A stretch of DNA of 64,000 nucleotides, from positions 612,809 to 676,808 of the forward strand of contig CBDBDS010000002.1 of assembly GCA_965203985.1 (NCBI GenBank), in the 5' to 3' direction. The notes beneath the pieces are model-generated. The model made no database searches and was not told where the DNA came from. It saw only the letters and a program-made list of their open reading frames with translations. Position numbers and translations under genes: made by a program. The DNA comes from Dehalococcoidia bacterium (lineage in GTDB: Bacteria > Chloroflexota > Dehalococcoidia > Lucifugimonadales > UBA3495). Positions 15,712 to 24,768 of the stretch are shown here, piece by piece (position 1 is the stretch's first letter; each line of letters starts with the position of its first letter).

Positions 15712-16851
15712 TTAACCGGCAGTCTCGGCGGCGGCGCGGCCGGCCGCTTCTCCGAACCGCCGGCCAAAGAGAGGGGTCATCAGCGCGCTGGCGATGGTCA
15801 CGGCGAGACACATGTAGCCAATTCCCGCATAGCCTGTACCAGCCAGCAGAACCCCGCCGACGGCGGCCCCCAGCGCTCCCGATGACTGGTTGGTAAATCC
15901 CATCAGGCTGGCCCCGGTGGACTTGGACTCTCCCGAGTATTCGGTGCTGACTGCCACCAGGGCGGGCATCAGAACGCTCAAGAACCCGGCGCCAATTGCG
16001 ACCACCGCCACCGCCAACCAGAGCCCCAGGTCGACCGAGAAGAACAGGCACGCGCAAAGGCCACCCGCGATTGAAGTGCCCGCCAGCAGGGCGGTGCGAT
16101 GTTTATTGTTCGCCACATACGCCGCCGAATAGCTGCCCACGACCTGGCCTACGGCGGTGATCGCCAGCGGAACGGCTACCAGCGCGAGAGGCACGTCGTA
16201 AGCGAGCAGCAAGTGAGCGGGAAAGAAGCTGAGCGTGGCCCAGAACGAAATGCGCTGCGTTGCGCCGACCGCTATCGCCACCCGGAAATAGCGCAACGAA
16301 AGCAGCGAGACGTACCGGGAAACAAACGCAAAGTTCCGAGTCCGCTGGCGGTTGTCCTTCGGGAACCACAACCAGTTAACCAACAGTGCCGATGCCAGCA
16401 GTGCGCCGACGACGACAAAGGGAAGCCGCCACCCGCCCAAGTCGGCCAACACCGCCACCATCGGGACCGTAACGCCGGCGACCACGCCCTGGATGGCCAA
16501 CATGGCAGTAATCGCCTGGGCGCGTCGGGCCGGAGAAATGACATCAGACAACACTCCGACCGCAGTCGGTGGGAGCGTGCCGCCGGCCAGGCCGGTCAAC
16601 GCGCGGAGCGCCAGCAGAATCTCGATGTTGGGCGCAAACGCTGACGCCAGCGCGGACACGGCGAGTATTGCCAATCCAGCCAACGCAACCGGGCGTCGTC
16701 CGAACGAGTCGGAAAGAGGCCCCACGCATAGCAATGACGCCGCCCAGGCCGCGAAAGTCGCCGTGGCCAACTGCCCAGCCACCGGCACCGAGACCTTCAA
16801 GTCGGTCCCGATCTCCACCAGCAGGGGCGGAACGATGAGGACCGCGCTCAT
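15712..16851 (-). CDS. MFS transporter
   Basis: 379 aa from the first ATG and multi-spanning. 'GPLSDSFGRRP' is the MFS loop 2-3 motif. A further TM-like segment ('ALFFVGLSLAVFAA') lies in frame upstream of the ATG, so the true start may be non-canonical. Confidence 0.8.
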   Translation of the reverse strand: MSAVLIVPPLLVEIGTDLKVSVPVAGQLATATFAAWAASLLCVGPLSDSFGRRPVALAGLAILAVSALASAFAPNIEILLALRALTGLAGGTLPPTAVGVLSDVISPARRAQAITAMLAIQGVVAGVTVPMVAVLADLGGWRLPFVVVGALLASALLVNWLWFPKDNRQRTRNFAFVSRYVSLLSLRYFRVAIAVGATQRISFWATLSFFPAHLLLAYDVPLALVAVPLAITAVGQVVGSYSAAYVANNKHRTALLAGTSIAGGLCACLFFSVDLGLWLAVAVVAIGAGFLSVLMPALVAVSTEYSGESKSTGASLMGFTNQSSGALGAAVGGVLLAGTGYAGIGYMCLAVTIASALMTPLFGRRFGEAAGRAAAETAG

Positions 16852-17035
16852 GGCGGCGAAAACGGCAAGCGACAGCCCGACGAAAAACAGGGCCTTGTTT
16901 ACCTCGGGGGCCGCTTGCCGTGCCGGTTCTGTATCGATACGGCTACGCTCCTTTGATCGACGTAGTCAGGCATCCGCTCCGTAACCCCGTGCGGCAGGTC
17001 GATTACTGGTAACGGTTCAGACTTCAGAAGTTTGT

Positions 17036-17202
17036 CATAGGACTTACGCACTTGAAATTACAAACCCGTCATTCCTGCGAAAGCAGGAATCCATTGACTT
17101 TATGGTGAACGAAACTGTAATACTGTTAACGATTTCGGCCACTGGATTCTCGCTTTCGCGGGAATGACGAGTGTAAAGGCTCCCAACTGCGTAAGTCCTA
17201 TG
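17036..17202. repeat. MITE-like element with 15-bp perfect terminal inverted repeats, carrying two family B hairpin modules
   Basis: CATAGGACTTACGCA (17036-17050) versus TGCGTAAGTCCTATG (17188-17202). Inside are CGTCATTCCTGCGAAAGCAGGAATCC and its inverted relative GGATTCTCGCTTTCGCGGGAATGACG. Confidence 0.8.
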
Positions 17203-17309
17203 TCATTGCGAGGCGCTTGCGCCGTGGCAATCTCGGCGCCGTAGCAGCAACGTCTGCCCCAAAGGACTTCCCTACGCCAACGAGATTGCCGCGCTGCGCT
17301 CGCAATGAC
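17202..17309. repeat. Family A element: inverted pair of the GTCATTGCGAG...GGCAATCTCG core
   Basis: The left arm is TGTCATTGCGAGGCGCTTGCGCCGTGGCAATCTCGG. The right arm is CGAGATTGCCGCGCTGCGCTCGCAATGAC (17281-17309). It abuts the previous element. Confidence 0.85.
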
Positions 17310-17338
17310 ACTTCCCCAGCAACTCTGAACAGTTGCGC

Positions 17339-18091
17339 TTACTGAGCCGTCCGGCCGCCGTCGATGACCACCTCCGAGCCGGTGACGAACGAAGACTCGT
17401 CGCTGGCCAGATACAGCACGCCGTAAGCGATCTCAATCGGCTGGCCCACCCGCCCCAGCGGAACCCGGCCCACCTGGGCGGCGATGCGCTCCTCGTCGTC
17501 GGGCGTGTCACCCAGCATGGGCGTCTGTATCGGACCGGGATGCACGGAGTTGCACCGTATGCCCTCGCCAGCGTACTGGATGGCGGTGGACTTGGTGAAC
17601 AGGCGCACCGCCCCCTTGCTGGCCGCGTAGGCCCCTGAGGTCCCGGGAGCGGGAGCGATGCCGGCCCCGGACGAGATGTTGATGATGGAGCCGCCGCCGG
17701 CGTCGCGCATGGCCGGTATGACCTCGCGGGTGCCCAGGAACACGCCCTTGACGTTGATGTCCATGGTGCGCTCCCACTGCTCCGCGGTCATGTCCTCGAT
17801 GCCGCCCCGTGTGGAGATGCCGGCGTTGTTGACCAGGATGTCCACCCTGCCGAAGCGCGAAACCGCGGCCGCCACCGCATTGCGCCAGTCATCCTCGCTG
17901 GTCACGTCGAGGTGAACGAAAAGGCACTCGGCGCCGGTCTCATTGATCTCGGCCTCGGTCTGCCGACCGGCGTCGTCCAGAATGTCGCCGATGACGACCC
18001 TCGCGCCCTCGGAGGCGAACAGCCTGGCCTCCTGGGCGCCCATCCCCCTGGCTCCGCCGCTGATGATGGCAACCTTGTTTTCCAGCCGCAT
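17339..18091 (-). CDS. SDR-family oxidoreductase (classical, NAD(P)-dependent)
   Basis: Trimmed to 'MRLENKVAIISGGARGMG' (TGxxxGxG-type Rossmann motif), with an AGGAGG RBS upstream of the ATG at 18091. 'NNAG' and 'YAASKGAV' (YxxxK) are present. Confidence 0.85.
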   Translation of the reverse strand: MRLENKVAIISGGARGMGAQEARLFASEGARVVIGDILDDAGRQTEAEINETGAECLFVHLDVTSEDDWRNAVAAAVSRFGRVDILVNNAGISTRGGIEDMTAEQWERTMDINVKGVFLGTREVIPAMRDAGGGSIINISSGAGIAPAPGTSGAYAASKGAVRLFTKSTAIQYAGEGIRCNSVHPGPIQTPMLGDTPDDEERIAAQVGRVPLGRVGQPIEIAYGVLYLASDESSFVTGSEVVIDGGRTAQ

Positions 18092-18168
18092 GGTCCCGCC
18101 TCCTGCTACTCGATGATTGAACGATTGTAGCCGCCCCATTGGGCGGGTCAAGTTGGCGACGGTTGGGC

Positions 18169-18223
18169 CAACCGTTCAGAGTTGCGGGTAAAGTGTCATT
18201 GCGAGCGCAGCGCGGCAAACTCG
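18169..18223. repeat. Family A copy forming the right arm of a ~56-bp inverted repeat around the SDR gene
   Basis: CAACCGTTCAGAGTTGCGGGTAAAGTGTCATTGCGAGCGCAGCGCGGCAAACTCG, compared with the reverse complement of 17281-17336, CAACTGTTCAGAGTTGCTGGGGAAGTGTCATTGCGAGCGCAGCGCGGCAATCTCG. Confidence 0.85.
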
Positions 18224-18273
18224 TTCGCTATAATCGCGGCAGATTGCAAAGACGCGACATCGGGGTGAGACAG

Positions 18274-19059
18274 ATGGAGATCAAGGACGGCGTGTTCATC
18301 GTTACAGGGTCGGCCACCGGGCTGGGCGCGGCCGTGGCCCAGCGCCTGGCAGCCAAGGGCGGCCGGCTGGTCATCAACTACACCAAAAGCGAGGCCGAGG
18401 CGCAGGCCGCCGCCGAAGCATGCCGCAGCGTGGGTGGTGAGGCCATCCTGTGCCAGGCCGACGTGTCTGTGGACGAGGACTGCCGTCGCATGGCGGCGAC
18501 GGCGCTGGAAAAATGGGGGCGGATCGACGGGTTGGTGAACAACGCCGCCACGTCGGTGATCGTCCCCCACTACGACCTGGAGGGTTTGTCATCGGCGGAC
18601 TTCCAGCGGGTCCTCTCGGTGAACGTGGTCGGCGCGTTCCAGATGGTGCGCGCCGTTACGCCGGCCATGCAGGAGCGGGGCAAAGGAGCCATCGTTAACG
18701 TGTCGTCCGGGTCAGGATTCAGCGGTTCCGGCAGTTCCATCGCCTACGCGGCGTCCAAGGCGGCGCTCAACGTGATGACCTACTCGCTGGCGCGAGCCCT
18801 GGCGCCGGAGATCCGGGTCAACGCGGTCTGCCCCGGCGTCATGCAGACCCGCTGGTGGCGTGAGGGTTTGGGCGAAGAAAACTACCAGGGCTTCATCGAC
18901 CGCTACGCCGCGACGGCGCCGCTGGGCTCGGCCGGCACGCCGGAAACCGTGTCCGAGCCGGTGGTCTGGCTCCTGGAAGGCGCGGAGCACGTGACCGGGG
19001 AGACCATCCTGGTTGACGCCGGCAGCCACCTGGGTCCCGCGCCGGCGCGTCCGCGCTGA
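18274..19059 (+). CDS. SDR-family oxidoreductase
   Basis: Trimmed to 'MEIKDGVFIVTGSATGLGAAVA'. 'NNAA', 'YAASKAAL' and 'PGVMQT' are present. A TATAAT hexamer lies at 18229-18234. Confidence 0.85.
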   Translation: MEIKDGVFIVTGSATGLGAAVAQRLAAKGGRLVINYTKSEAEAQAAAEACRSVGGEAILCQADVSVDEDCRRMAATALEKWGRIDGLVNNAATSVIVPHYDLEGLSSADFQRVLSVNVVGAFQMVRAVTPAMQERGKGAIVNVSSGSGFSGSGSSIAYAASKAALNVMTYSLARALAPEIRVNAVCPGVMQTRWWREGLGEENYQGFIDRYAATAPLGSAGTPETVSEPVVWLLEGAEHVTGETILVDAGSHLGPAPARPR

Positions 19060-19186
19060 CGCTGGAATCACGGGCTCGATTGCGGCAACCCGACGGCCCT
19101 GGTCGACGCCGTCCGCGCGGGCGCGAATAGTTTTCTTGACACACTATCGGGGCGGGCGCATACTGCCGCTCTTAAGGGAGAGGAAT

Positions 19187-20722
19187 ATGTCCGCATTAAA
19201 CTTCCGCCCCGATCAGTTTGCCTTGGCCGGTTATCGCATCCACTACGCGTGGGTGATCGTATTCATCACGGCGTTGATGCGGTTGGTATCGTCGTCCTTC
19301 CGCATGTCGTTCCCGGCCCTGGTGCCCATCATTTCCCAGGTCTTCGGGTGGAGCGAGGGGCTCATCCTGTTCGCGTTCTCGCTGCAATGGGTGGTGTCGG
19401 GTATGTTCGGCCCTCCCTCCGGTTGGCTTGGTGATCGATACGGAGCCCGGTTTACGCTCACGCTGGGCGCTTCTCTGTACATCGTCAGCATGATCCTCGC
19501 CGGGTTCATGACCGAGTTGTGGCATCTCTACCTGTTCTTTGGCGTGATGCTCAGCGCCTCCATGGGAATATTCCAGGTCCCCCTCACGGTGTCCGTGACA
19601 TCATGGTTCCGCCGCCACCTGGGATTGGGCATGGGGCTCCTCCAGTCTTCCCAGGGAGTCGGACCGGTGATCGTGCCCGCCATCATGGTCGGTTTGGTCG
19701 CCTTCTTCTCGTTGGGGCAGGGCAGGGCATGGGCCGAATCCCTCCCGGTCTTCAGCGCCGACAGCATCGGGATCAGGATGGCCTTCTGGATCCCCGGCAT
19801 CGTCGGCGGCTTGATTCTTCTGTTGCTCACCCGCTTGTTCCACAACTCTCCGGAAGACGTGGGAATGCGACAGTTGGGCGCCGACCCCAACGAGCCGATA
19901 CGCGCCGCTCCCACTACAGGCAGAGGCGCCAAAGAGCGGGCCCGGATTTTCCTGCGACAGGCGCGGAAGACCCCCACCTTCTGGAACCTGGTCGGAATTC
20001 ATTACTGGGGATGCGCCGGACACGCCATCATCATCATGTTCCTCCAGGTCATGGTGGTGGACCTGTTGCGCCCGGAGGGAGGCTACCAGGGGGTGGACGC
20101 GGCGTTGGTCGGCGCCTCGGCCATCGGCATCACCATCGCCGGCACCATGCACCTGACCAGCACCATAACCCGGTTTGGCGCTCCCATCGCGGCCGACCTG
20201 CTGGGCAGCAAGTGGGTGATGGCCGCCTGCTTTACCCTCCAGTTTGCCCCGGTGCTGATTCTGCTGTTCGCGGATCAGCTTTGGATGTTCTACCTCTTCG
20301 CCGTACTCTTCGGCATTGGCTTCGGCGGCGAGATGTCCGCCTTCCCCATCATCAATCGCCAGTACTACGGCCGGGCGCCCATCGGCAGCGCCTACGGTTT
20401 CCAGATGATGGGAGCCGGCGCGGGCATGGCCAGCGGAGCGCTGTTGGGCAGCGGGCTGTACATCGGCGTCACCGAGTTGGGGTTCCCGGTCATCCTCGAC
20501 AACCCCTACTGCTGGACCATCCTGCTGTCGTTCATCATGAGCCTGGGCGGCGTCATCGCGATCCTGTTCCTGCCCAACACGCATCGGCACCAGTTGCCCG
20601 ACTGGGAGGATGAGTTGCCTCCGGAATTCCGCACCGATACGGCCCCGGCTTCTCCCACACCACCGGCGCCCGCCCCGGCCGGAACATCCCCGGCGCCAGC
20701 GACTTCCGGCAACGGCGACTGA
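19187..20722 (+). CDS. MFS transporter (oxalate/formate-antiporter or monocarboxylate-like) with a Pro/Ala-rich C-terminal tail
   Basis: Trimmed to the ATG at 19187 (GGGAGAGG RBS). About 12 hydrophobic spans. The upstream part of the tracked ORF overlaps the previous gene. Confidence 0.8.
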   Translation: MSALNFRPDQFALAGYRIHYAWVIVFITALMRLVSSSFRMSFPALVPIISQVFGWSEGLILFAFSLQWVVSGMFGPPSGWLGDRYGARFTLTLGASLYIVSMILAGFMTELWHLYLFFGVMLSASMGIFQVPLTVSVTSWFRRHLGLGMGLLQSSQGVGPVIVPAIMVGLVAFFSLGQGRAWAESLPVFSADSIGIRMAFWIPGIVGGLILLLLTRLFHNSPEDVGMRQLGADPNEPIRAAPTTGRGAKERARIFLRQARKTPTFWNLVGIHYWGCAGHAIIIMFLQVMVVDLLRPEGGYQGVDAALVGASAIGITIAGTMHLTSTITRFGAPIAADLLGSKWVMAACFTLQFAPVLILLFADQLWMFYLFAVLFGIGFGGEMSAFPIINRQYYGRAPIGSAYGFQMMGAGAGMASGALLGSGLYIGVTELGFPVILDNPYCWTILLSFIMSLGGVIAILFLPNTHRHQLPDWEDELPPEFRTDTAPASPTPPAPAPAGTSPAPATSGNGD

Positions 20723-20753
20723 CACAGCCCCCAATTTCAATAGCGCGACCTGG

Positions 20754-20779
20754 CCGGGGCGGTATAAACACCGCCCCGG
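20754..20779 (+). terminator. Stem-loop after the MFS gene
   Basis: 10-bp perfect stem CCGGGGCGGT / ACCGCCCCGG with a 6-nt loop. No clear T-run. Confidence 0.4.
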
Positions 20780-20822
20780 TACTGGTTAATGGCCCTGTGC
20801 TATCATCCGGGCAGAGGCTGTT

Positions 20823-21644
20823 ATGACGTTCCCAATCGGAACCGAAAAAACCATCGCCAACCCATCGGGCGCCCATGCCGAAGCGGTTCAGCGCATCGCG
20901 AGCGCAGCCGGCAGCGCGGTAGACGCACGCTGCGTCATCCTGTTCGGTTCCCGGGCCCGCGGTGACCATCGCCACGACAGCGATATTGACCTGGCAGTCG
21001 TTACTGCCGAGGTCGAACTTGACGCCCAGCAGCGGCACGACCTCCGTGAACGGGCCCGCGCTGCCGCCCTATCCGCGGCCGTCGAACTGGCCAATCATAT
21101 CGACGTCATCGTCTGGACCGACGCTGAATACCGCACCAAAAAACGGTCCATCAACCACGTTGCCGGCCGCGCCTGGCGAGAGGGCGTGGTGCTATACGGC
21201 GTTCACGAGACCCTGCCAGGGGAGGAGATAGTGTCGGAACTGGATAACGCGCGCGAGTTGATGCGCATGGCCCGGGGCCAGACTCGCGCTTTGTTGGCCA
21301 TGGCCTTTGATGACGAGACTTTCAGCGAAAACATTTTCGGCTTCCACGCCCAGCGCGGCGCCGAGTTGGCGTTCAAGGCGTGGATCACGTTGCTGGGACA
21401 ACGCTATGAACGGACGCACAACGTTGCCGACCTGCTGGCTGTTCTGGCGAGCAATGGGGTCGGCGAGGCCCAGCCGTTCGCGCACCTGGCATCCCTGACG
21501 CCCTACGCCGTCAAGTATGTCTACGAAGAGATCGAGAACCCGACGATGGACCGCCAGTTCGTGGCCGGCGAGGTCAACGCGTTGGCCGACCTGGTGGAAT
21601 CCCTGCTGCATCAGGCCGAAACGGCAGGCGACATCGGGCAGTAG
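20823..21644 (+). CDS. Single-chain nucleotidyltransferase (MNT-like) + HEPN domain protein
   Basis: 'ILFGSRARGDHRHDSDIDLAVV' carries the GS...DxD minimal NTase motif. The C-terminal helical half contains 'RYERTH' (an Rx4H HEPN motif). Confidence 0.7.
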   Translation: MTFPIGTEKTIANPSGAHAEAVQRIASAAGSAVDARCVILFGSRARGDHRHDSDIDLAVVTAEVELDAQQRHDLRERARAAALSAAVELANHIDVIVWTDAEYRTKKRSINHVAGRAWREGVVLYGVHETLPGEEIVSELDNARELMRMARGQTRALLAMAFDDETFSENIFGFHAQRGAELAFKAWITLLGQRYERTHNVADLLAVLASNGVGEAQPFAHLASLTPYAVKYVYEEIENPTMDRQFVAGEVNALADLVESLLHQAETAGDIGQ

Positions 21645-21752
21645 CAGGATAGCAAACCCCGCTCTACAGAGTTATCATGTCGCCAAATAGATTGCATTCA
21701 CAATCCTTTGCCCGCAACACATCAAGGTAATCGACGACAAGGAGGCATCACT

Positions 21753-22742
21753 ATGGCAGACGGAATCACTATTCTGGTAGGAACCGCCGGGCAGGGCGTC
21801 ATGCGGAGCACCGACGGCGGTGACTCCTGGCGGCGCGTGGGCATCACGCAGGGCATACACTCCGACGCGGTGGTGCGCTGCCTGACGCCTGTGCCCGGAA
21901 CCGAGAGCAGCGTGCTCGCCGGATGCGACAAGGGCATCATCCGCAGCGACGACAACGGGGACACCTGGCACGCGGTCAGCACGCCCATGGACGGCACCGC
22001 GGTCTGGGCCATCGCCTTCGATCCGTCCAACCCGCAGGTGGGGTTCGCCGGCACCGGCACACCCAACCCGTGCCAGATCTACCGCACCAGGGATGGCGGA
22101 GCCTCCTGGGAGCACCGTCCCTGCGAAGTGGCCGCCGAGTGCCCCGCCGTCGGCGTGCCGCGCGTTACCGGAATCGCCATCGATCCCACCAACGGCAACA
22201 GCGTGTGGGTGGGCATCGAGGTGGACGGCCTCCGCCACAGCTCCGATGGCGGTGACACCTGGGAGACGGTGCCGCACCAGGAAATTCCCAACATGGACAT
22301 CCACAACGTCACCGTCACGGCCGGCCCGCCGCACCGCGTGGTGGTCATGGTGAACGACGACGTGTTCCTGAGCGACGACGACGGTGGCTCCTGGCGGAAC
22401 CTGGACGTGCGGCAGAACTTCCCCCTGGGATACCCCCGCGGCATCAAGGTCAAGGCCGACGACCCGCAGACCATCTTCACCACCTTCGGCGATACCACCC
22501 CCGGATCCACCGGAGTGGTCATGCGCTCCACCGACGCCGGAGCGACGTGGAACAGCCTGCCTTTGCCGGTGGAGCCCAACACGGCGATGTGGGTGGTGAA
22601 CTCCCAGCCGCAGAACCCCGACTTCCTGCTGGCCGGAAGCCGCTACGGCTACCTGTACCGGTCGGACGACGCCGGCGCGTCGTGGAGCAAGTTCAACCGG
22701 GAATTCAGCGAGATATCCTCGGTGATGTGGTTCCCCAACTGA
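21753..22742 (+). CDS. BNR/Asp-box repeat beta-propeller protein (Ycf48/sialidase-like fold)
   Basis: Seven SxDxGxTW-type boxes: 'STDGGDSW','SDDNGDTW','TRDGGASW','SSDGGDTW','SDDDGGSW','STDAGATW','SDDAGASW'. An AAGGAGG RBS precedes the ATG at 21753. Confidence 0.8.
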   Translation: MADGITILVGTAGQGVMRSTDGGDSWRRVGITQGIHSDAVVRCLTPVPGTESSVLAGCDKGIIRSDDNGDTWHAVSTPMDGTAVWAIAFDPSNPQVGFAGTGTPNPCQIYRTRDGGASWEHRPCEVAAECPAVGVPRVTGIAIDPTNGNSVWVGIEVDGLRHSSDGGDTWETVPHQEIPNMDIHNVTVTAGPPHRVVVMVNDDVFLSDDDGGSWRNLDVRQNFPLGYPRGIKVKADDPQTIFTTFGDTTPGSTGVVMRSTDAGATWNSLPLPVEPNTAMWVVNSQPQNPDFLLAGSRYGYLYRSDDAGASWSKFNREFSEISSVMWFPN

Positions 22743-22790
22743 GCGCGACGATTGTCCGTGCCGCGTTTCCCTGTTCAGGAACAACGGCTC

Positions 22791-23564
22791 ATGACTACTC
22801 CAAGCAAAGCCAAAATCCAGCCGGGCGGGCCTGAGGCCGCCCGGCTGCCACCTTTGCCGGACCCTCCTCGCAAGAACGACATGCGCCAAACCGAAAACTT
22901 CGAGCTGCGCGCCGTTATGAACACCGTAGCTCGTTTCTTTGACGCGCTACGCGATGACTCCACCGTGCTGGTCAGCGGCAACGGCTACGTCTGCGCTACG
23001 CGAAGCCAACTGCCCCATGCGCCATATCCTGATATGACGATTGCTTTCGGCGTTGACCGCGCCGCCCTCACTAACAACAACGGCTATGAAATCGACCGGG
23101 TGGGGAAACCGCCGGACTTCGTGCTGGAAGTGGCCTCGGAACACACCGGCCGTCGCGATTACACCACCAAGCGCGACGACTACGCCCGGCTCGGCATACT
23201 CGAATACTGGCGGTTCGATTACACCGGGGGCCGGTTCCACGACGCGCCTCTGGCCGGCGACCGGCTGGTCAACGACGTGTACGAACGGATTGATGTAACG
23301 CCGGACGCCGCAGGTGTGGTCTGGGGTTACAGTGAGGTACTGGAACTGTACGTGTGCTGGGACCGGGGCCGGCTGCGGTTTTACGACTGGAGAACACAGT
23401 CTTTCCTCCAGGACCCGTCAGAGTTGGAAGAGGACCGGGACCAGGAAAGAGCCGCTCGCCTGGCGGCTGAAACCCAGCGAGACGAAGAAAGGGCTGCCCG
23501 CCTGGCCGCCGAAGCCCGCATCAGTCAGCTGGAGCAGATGCTGCCAAACCCACCGCAAGCATAA
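22791..23564 (+). CDS. Uma2-family (DUF820) endonuclease with a C-terminal coiled-coil tail
   Basis: 'PDFVLEVASEHTGRRDYTTKRDDYARLGILEYWRFD' is the Uma2 core (PD-(D/E)xK-like). The tail repeats 'ERAARLAAE' twice. The start 'MTT' is chosen by analogy with the 31668 paralogue. Confidence 0.8.
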   Translation: MTTPSKAKIQPGGPEAARLPPLPDPPRKNDMRQTENFELRAVMNTVARFFDALRDDSTVLVSGNGYVCATRSQLPHAPYPDMTIAFGVDRAALTNNNGYEIDRVGKPPDFVLEVASEHTGRRDYTTKRDDYARLGILEYWRFDYTGGRFHDAPLAGDRLVNDVYERIDVTPDAAGVVWGYSEVLELYVCWDRGRLRFYDWRTQSFLQDPSELEEDRDQERAARLAAETQRDEERAARLAAEARISQLEQMLPNPPQA

Positions 23565-23873
23565 CCCCCGCGGGCACTTTTGCCGCGCCGCCGTCACATG
23601 ACGCGGCAGCGGTGAGCGAACCGGCGAGCGCATTGGCATCGCACTCGTAGCGGGAACAGCCGTAGACGCTCCCTGGCCTCACTCACGGCTCGGATACTTG
23701 CCCGCTTGGCGCCGTAACAGGCTCGCCAACGGGCTGAATTCCGGCTCCGCCGGAGGCGCCTGCGTCCCCACACACGAGCGTCTCGCCAGCGCTGGAACCC
23801 TTGTCACTGCTCCACCGTGATACACTTACCGCGCCCACAAATCGACCCATAAAACGCGTGGAGGCGAAGCACC

Positions 23874-24734
23874 ATGCCCATGGATGTAGCTACCAAAATT
23901 GCCCTGATCAAACGGCTGGCCGGAGACATCCACGGCCGCCTGTCCGCCAGTTCCGATGAAGAGCTCAACGCCCAGTCCGCTTGCTCGGAGTGGGACGTGG
24001 GAACCGTAGCGGCCCATCTGGCCGGCGGAGCCGTCCGCCAGCAGGAAGCCATGCGCCGGGGCTTGGCCGGCGAGGGCGGGCCACCGGAAGGCGAGACCCT
24101 CCTGGCGACTCCGGACCAAGTGCAGGCGGCCAACGCCACCAGTAACGTGCAGGTTCGGCACGACTGGGGAGACGACCTGCTGGACAATTTCCGGCAGAAC
24201 TACGAAGACCTTGACGTGATGCTGCAGGGTTGGACCGATTGGTCCATCGGCTGCTGGCACCGCCGGCGTGGCACCATGTCCGCCGAGAGTTATGTCGATC
24301 TCCGGATCCAGGAACTGGTGATCCACGACTGGGACATGCGCGCCGGCGATACCGGCCAGGGCGACTTGGACCGTGACGGGATCGTCGCGCTGCTGCCAGC
24401 ATCGGAAATGTGGTACCAACTGTGCTTCCGGCCCACCGCGCCGTTGACGACGCCAGCCGTGTATCGCTTCAAGATCGGCGGCGGAGCCGAAGGCGCGACG
24501 CTGGAGCACGACGTGGTAGTCACCGGAGACGGCTACGCCGTGTCCGCATGCTCGCCCGAAAACCAGCCCGAGCTGACCATTCGCGCCGACGCCAACACCT
24601 ACCTGCTGTGCCTGTACAACCGGGTGGACTGGAACACCGCGAAACGCGCCGGCCGGGTGCGCGTGTCCCAAACCGCCGACACCATCGCGCACGTATCTTT
24701 AAGAAACCTCGGCCGTTGGTTCGGCGGGTTGTAG
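23874..24734 (+). CDS. DinB/maleylpyruvate-isomerase-N (MDMPI_N, TIGR03083-like) family protein
   Basis: 'SACSEWDVGTVAAHL' and 'ELVIHDWDMR' are typical blocks. It has a C-terminal SCP2-like part. Paralogous to the next gene. Confidence 0.65.
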   Translation: MPMDVATKIALIKRLAGDIHGRLSASSDEELNAQSACSEWDVGTVAAHLAGGAVRQQEAMRRGLAGEGGPPEGETLLATPDQVQAANATSNVQVRHDWGDDLLDNFRQNYEDLDVMLQGWTDWSIGCWHRRRGTMSAESYVDLRIQELVIHDWDMRAGDTGQGDLDRDGIVALLPASEMWYQLCFRPTAPLTTPAVYRFKIGGGAEGATLEHDVVVTGDGYAVSACSPENQPELTIRADANTYLLCLYNRVDWNTAKRAGRVRVSQTADTIAHVSLRNLGRWFGGL

Positions 24735-24768
24735 ATACACCAGCCATCAGACGAACCCGATAGGGCAA

